Shown here: one piece after another, positions 16,277-20,000 of the stretch
Layout of the letters: every line of letters starts with the position of its first letter
How positions within the stretch are numbered: position 1 is the stretch's first letter
Origin: an uncultured virus (IMG/VR IMGVR_UViG_2663763407_000004)
Taxonomy: Duplodnaviria; Heunggongvirae; Uroviricota; Caudoviricetes
Reading direction: 5' to 3' (one strand)
Virus record (IMG/VR): IMGVR_UViG_2663763407_000004
Coordinates: 45,908 to 65,907 of that record
Length of the DNA: 20,000 bases
Made by a program: the position numbers and the translations under genes
Notes under the pieces: generated by a model
Seen by the model: only the letters and a program-made list of their open reading frames with translations
What the model was told of the DNA's origin: nothing
Databases searched by the model: none

Positions 16277-17416
16277 ATGACCACACAGGCCACAACTGCC
16301 AGTGTGCTGGAGTCATCTCTGCGTCCAGTTCGGGCGCAGTTAGACCTTGCCATTGAGCAGACTACCGGCACCGCACAGCGCTCTATAGAGAGCGCGACTG
16401 TTTTACTCAACCAAGCACAGTCCCTATGTATTGAACAACTCAACATCGAGACTGACGAGTACAACCTTTTATTCGACCGTTTAGAAAAAACTGAAAACGA
16501 CCTAACCACGAAATCCTTGGCGTTAACACAAGTGCAGGAACGCATAGAAAATGCAGACCTGTTAGTCGCTGAAGCCAATGCGCAGCGAGACAGTATTTCA
16601 GCCAAATACAATCTTTCACTTTCAGACCAACGCGTGTTGGCTACTGAGGTGAATCGGTTGAAGTCACTGAATCCTGAAAAAATGAAAATCCAGATCGTTC
16701 GCCTCAAAGATGATTTGGAGAGCAAGCGTACGTTGTTAAACCAGCAACTAACAGAGATCCGGCGATACAAAAAAGAGGTGGCAGAAAAAACCAGCAAACT
16801 GGCTGTCATGGTCAATGTTAATGACCAATTGAATAATGCCGTTTCTGACCTCACCAACCGGATCCAGCGTATGGATGGTGACGTCGAGCCAACCTACTAT
16901 CGTGGCAATGATGGCACTGAATTTTACTTTTATACCTTCCAGTGGGGGCTGAAACTACGCTCAGGTGATTACGATATGCAGCTCATTAACGATATTGACT
17001 GGCATATTGAAATTCGCTCCACCAGCGGCATTGGCCTGATCGTCTCGGTCAATGAGTGGGCATTACCCGTCTATCCCATGGTTGATGATTTCAAACAGAA
17101 CTGGCCGGATGGCCTGACCCCAGCGGTTACCCAGCGTATTCGAGATCTGCTTGAGCCTACTCACCCACACTTAGTTAAGCGGGCTGAGTGGGCAGGAACC
17201 GTGCTGACCGAAACCCTACCGTTGAAAGAGCAGCATTTAGAGCTGCTGGCCCGCTCTGGGATCCATTCGTTATTTGATGTTGTCCGTCGAACCCCGGATA
17301 TGTTGGCTAATGCCGTCAAAGGCTTTGGGATCGCCAGCGCCCGCCAGGTACATGCTCAATGCACCCGAATCGTAAAAGAGTGGGAATTAGAGCAGAAACA
17401 GAAGGAAGCCGCATGA
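16277..17416 (+). CDS. Coiled-coil protein with C-terminal HhH / RNAP alpha-CTD-like domain
   Basis: About 200 aa of heptad-rich sequence; C-terminal LLARSGIHSLFDVVRRTPDMLANAVKGFGIAS. Confidence 0.7.
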   Translation: MTTQATTASVLESSLRPVRAQLDLAIEQTTGTAQRSIESATVLLNQAQSLCIEQLNIETDEYNLLFDRLEKTENDLTTKSLALTQVQERIENADLLVAEANAQRDSISAKYNLSLSDQRVLATEVNRLKSLNPEKMKIQIVRLKDDLESKRTLLNQQLTEIRRYKKEVAEKTSKLAVMVNVNDQLNNAVSDLTNRIQRMDGDVEPTYYRGNDGTEFYFYTFQWGLKLRSGDYDMQLINDIDWHIEIRSTSGIGLIVSVNEWALPVYPMVDDFKQNWPDGLTPAVTQRIRDLLEPTHPHLVKRAEWAGTVLTETLPLKEQHLELLARSGIHSLFDVVRRTPDMLANAVKGFGIASARQVHAQCTRIVKEWELEQKQKEAA

Positions 17417-17841
17417 TGGATGAGGAACTGAACCAGAGTACCGGCAACTACTTTAAAGAAGATGACCGGGGGGACTATACCGCTCGTATCATCTGGCTAA
17501 TGCGCTGTCGCGCAGAGATCCGCAGTGGTAATCCCTATCGACCGATGCCAAAACCAATTTATCCCGGTAATGAGCAATGGCGTGGCTTATCTCAGGTGAA
17601 TACGGTCGATATCGGTATTCGTAAGCGCTACTCATTGGAAGTTTTGCTGGCTATCTATCAGTTTTACCGCGCTGGCCACAATGAAAATTTGATTGCCAGC
17701 AGTACCGGTATCCCGGTGACCACTATCCGCAAAATGTTGGAACATAAAACTCAGAATCAGCGCAAAGCATGGCAATTGGCCTACCAGCTTCGCATTCCCT
17801 CCAAAAGAGACATTATCAACCGGTTAATTCGGGAGGTTTAA
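17413..17841 (+). CDS. Hypothetical protein with HTH-like segment
   Basis: ATGA overlap with the upstream gene; ENLIASSTGIPVTTIRKML. Confidence 0.7.
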   Translation: MMDEELNQSTGNYFKEDDRGDYTARIIWLMRCRAEIRSGNPYRPMPKPIYPGNEQWRGLSQVNTVDIGIRKRYSLEVLLAIYQFYRAGHNENLIASSTGIPVTTIRKMLEHKTQNQRKAWQLAYQLRIPSKRDIINRLIREV

Positions 17842-17961
17842 CCATATCCGACCGTAGCATTCGATAGCAGTATCACTAAAACATAGCCCCTTACCACTCT
17901 AGACCAAACGACCATAATAGGGCGTAACATCTTTGCGCCCTTTCCTACTGAGGAAAGACCA

Positions 17962-18231
17962 ATGACCAAACTACTGACATTAGAAGAATGGGCGGAAGAA
18001 ACCTACCGCAGCAAGCAACCAACCCCCCAGACACTCCAGCGCTGGGCGCGAGGCGGCAATATTTACCCGGCACCTGAAAAACATGGGCGCGAGTATCGTG
18101 TACAGCCAGGCGCGATTTATATTCAGCCTAAAAGTTATCGGCTGGCAAAAGAAATACTTAAAACATCCCCCAGTACAAGTTCATCGTTAATAGAGAGAAT
18201 TATTCATGGCAAAGAGGCCAAAAAAGTATGA
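17962..18231 (+). CDS. xis: Excisionase
   Basis: LLTLEEWA...TLQRWARGGNIYPAPEKHGREYRV resembles lambda Xis; overlaps the int start. Confidence 0.9.
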   Translation: MTKLLTLEEWAEETYRSKQPTPQTLQRWARGGNIYPAPEKHGREYRVQPGAIYIQPKSYRLAKEILKTSPSTSSSLIERIIHGKEAKKV

Positions 18232-19315
18232 TGCCAATTTGCCAAGAAATCTGACATATCGGCGTAGAGAGAAATCATTTTGCTGGCGCAACCCAATAAC
18301 TGGTTCTGAAATATCCTTAGGGCAAATTGCCCGGAGGGATGCCATATCTCAGGCCATTCAGGCTAACAACTATATTGAATCAACCTTTCAACCTGTAGCC
18401 CTACTTGAACGATTGCAAGCCCCTGCCCCAACTCCTGCGGCTAAAGCCGAAGTTAATACCGTAGCGAGTTGGCTAAAGCGCTATTCAGAACTATTAAAGC
18501 GTCGCGAACTGGCTGAGAACACCATGAAAATGAGAGTCCTGCAAATCGGATATATTAACCAAGAATTTGGCGAGAGACCGATCGAGACCGTTACCACTAG
18601 GCATATTGCTGATTTTATTAATGCCTATGTCGATAATGGTAAAAGTTCGATGGCGGTAAATCTACGTTCTGTTTTGTCTGATGTCTTTCGAGAAGCAATA
18701 GCTGATGGTTTAATTAGCACCAACCCTGTGGAAGCAACACGCACGCCGTCACCAAAAGTTAAGCGGGAACGGCTCGACTATGCTGCCTTTTGCAAGATTT
18801 ATGAGGCAGCCGGCCAACAGCAGAACTGGGTTCAACTCAGCCTAGCATTGGCGCTAATTACCGGCCAACGCCGTGACGATGTGCGGCAATTAAAAAGAAG
18901 CGATGTGCATGATGGCAAGCTTTGGATAGTCCAAAGTAAAACTAAAATGCAGATAGCTATATCACTATCACTTCGGTTGGAAATAATGAATACCTCAGTC
19001 GGTGACGTTGTAGAAAAGTGTCTGAATAACAATAAGAGCGAATATCTCATTTGCTCGTCCAGTAGAAAATCAGGCCGGGAGCCCGGTGCATTAAATGCGG
19101 ACTCTCTCACCAAAGCATTTGTTAAAGCATTGAAAGCAACGGATCTGGTTTATGACATATCCCCTCCCAGCTTTCACGAGATCCGCAGCCTGGCATCGAG
19201 ACTTTATGAAGCTGAGTATGGTAAGGAATTTGCACAGAAATTGCTCGGTCACAAATCGATGAAAATGACGAATGTATACCTGGATTCGCGTAAAAATGAG
19301 TGGGTAGAAATTTAG
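18206..19315 (+). CDS. int: Tyrosine integrase (lambda family)
   Basis: N-terminal arm-binding domain; TGQR..D, K, HEIRSL, LGH, Y catalytic residues. Confidence 0.96.
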   Translation: MAKRPKKYDANLPRNLTYRRREKSFCWRNPITGSEISLGQIARRDAISQAIQANNYIESTFQPVALLERLQAPAPTPAAKAEVNTVASWLKRYSELLKRRELAENTMKMRVLQIGYINQEFGERPIETVTTRHIADFINAYVDNGKSSMAVNLRSVLSDVFREAIADGLISTNPVEATRTPSPKVKRERLDYAAFCKIYEAAGQQQNWVQLSLALALITGQRRDDVRQLKRSDVHDGKLWIVQSKTKMQIAISLSLRLEIMNTSVGDVVEKCLNNNKSEYLICSSSRKSGREPGALNADSLTKAFVKALKATDLVYDISPPSFHEIRSLASRLYEAEYGKEFAQKLLGHKSMKMTNVYLDSRKNEWVEI

Positions 19316-19327
19316 GCCGAGTATAGG

Positions 19328-19391
19328 ATTTCGGGGAAATTTCGGGGGATTTCGGGGGAGAGGAAAAAATACCAACAAAATCAATATATTA
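19328..19391 (+). promoter_or_regulatory. att arm: three arm-type Int sites and an IHF site
   Basis: ATTTCGGGG x3 at 19328, 19339 and 19349. AATCAATATATTA (19379-19391) fits WATCAANNNNTTR. Confidence 0.65.
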
Positions 19392-19413
19392 AAAAGAGAC
19401 CGAATACGATTCC
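19391..19413. other. Probable att core at the sdsR 3' end
   Basis: AAAAAGAGACCGAATACGATTCC lies at the phage/host junction, and sdsR/ryeB is a known insertion hotspot. The second copy is outside the window, so limits are approximate. Confidence 0.6.
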
Positions 19414-19494
19414 TATATTCGGTCTAGGGAAATGGCTCTTGGGAGAGAGCCGTGCGCTAAAAGTTGGCATTAACGTAGGCTTGTTCAGCCATAC
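19391..19494 (-). ncRNA. sdsR: SdsR (RyeB) small RNA; the opposite strand is the RyeA/SraC locus
   Basis: Minus strand reads TTAATGCCAACTTTTAGCGCACGGCTCTCTCCCAAGAGCCATTTCCC..GACCGAATA..TATTCGGTCTCTTTTT, the recognised SdsR core and terminator, next to yebY. 5' end approximate. Confidence 0.9.
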
Positions 19495-19658
19495 TCTTTA
19501 AGAGTAGTCGAGGACATGTGTTTCGCCAACTTAGCAACAGAAGTAATTAATAACGGTTGCAAACTAATTTAAATGATACAAATTAGCCTACCAGTTAAGA
19601 AAGGTAATTATCTGTTAAATAGAAAATAAAGGCCGTAGCGATGCTCAAGTTGTCGTGC

Positions 19659-20000
19659 TTACTTTTCGCATAAAGTCATCGCACGCTGTTGGAAAGGTAG
19701 CAAACTCATCTTTTGACCAGGGTTCTCGCTATCATCTAATAATAAAATATCTAGCGGTTTCGCAAGGACATGGCCTGCTTTCATTTGTTCAGATGCAACA
19801 TCATTAAGTGGATATTGCGCTAATGTGCTGGGATTTATCACAAACAAAGCTCCCCCTGAGCGGCATTCCAACATCACCTCTTCTCGGGTAAATGCCCATT
19901 GTTTGCCAAATTCAAACTTACTGACAGTCACTATTTTCCCAGCGGCAAAAGCATTCACGGATAACATCAGTAACGATAACGTCAGCACCAAACCTTTCAT
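19659..20000 (-). CDS. yebY: YebY family periplasmic protein (host)
   Basis: Signal peptide; [35 protein letters not shown]; synteny with sdsR. Confidence 0.9.
   Translation of the reverse strand: MKGLVLTLSLLMLSVNAFAAGKIVTVSKFEFGKQWAFTREEVMLECRSGGALFVINPSTLAQYPLNDVASEQMKAGHVLAKPLDILLLDDSENPGQKMSLLPFQQRAMTLCEK

Larger units (their letters stand above)
1..19413. mobile_element. Lambdoid prophage, early region and integrase end; continues beyond the left edge
   Basis: Q / nin / replication / cro-cI / N / recombination / xis-int gene order. It ends at the sdsR terminator, followed by host yebY. Confidence 0.96.

Noticed and set aside
794..17964. Repeated 14-mer as a CRISPR array or IS ends
   Set aside because: Copies are dispersed and fixed to start codons; there is no regular spacing, cas gene or transposase.
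19328..19357. G-rich repeats as KOPS or a G-quadruplex
   Set aside because: They do not match GGGNAGGG and are better explained as Int arm-type sites.
12537..19384. Minus-strand ORFs opposite bet, exo, the coiled-coil gene and int
   Set aside because: Shadow frames of strong + strand genes.

Overview
Early/regulatory half and right end of a lambdoid prophage in an enterobacterium (probably Yersiniaceae, inferred from sequence style only). It is integrated at the 3' end of the sdsR (ryeB) sRNA next to host yebY. The leftward PR operon runs cro, small ORFs, replication initiator (with iterons), helicase-loader-like gene, RdgC fused to an FtsK-gamma domain, Dam-type MTase, nin-like genes, VRR-NUC, an AT-rich HNH nuclease moron and Q, which is cut by the window edge. 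The centre holds cI plus a membrane zinc-ribbon gene, with 14-bp operators at PR and PL. The rightward PL operon runs N-like antiterminator, KTSC protein, Bet/RecT recombinase interrupted by a 318-aa LAGLIDADG intein, YqaJ exonuclease, a coiled-coil/alphaCTD-like protein, xis and int. Most notable: (1) the intein in the Bet recombinase; (2) an identical 14-nt translation-initiation motif, AGGACTGACCAATG, at five gene starts in both early operons plus three variants, which a 9-bp stem sequesters at Q; (3) the RdgC-FtsK-gamma fusion; (4) candidate defence/exclusion morons. All family calls are from motif recognition; no database searches were run.
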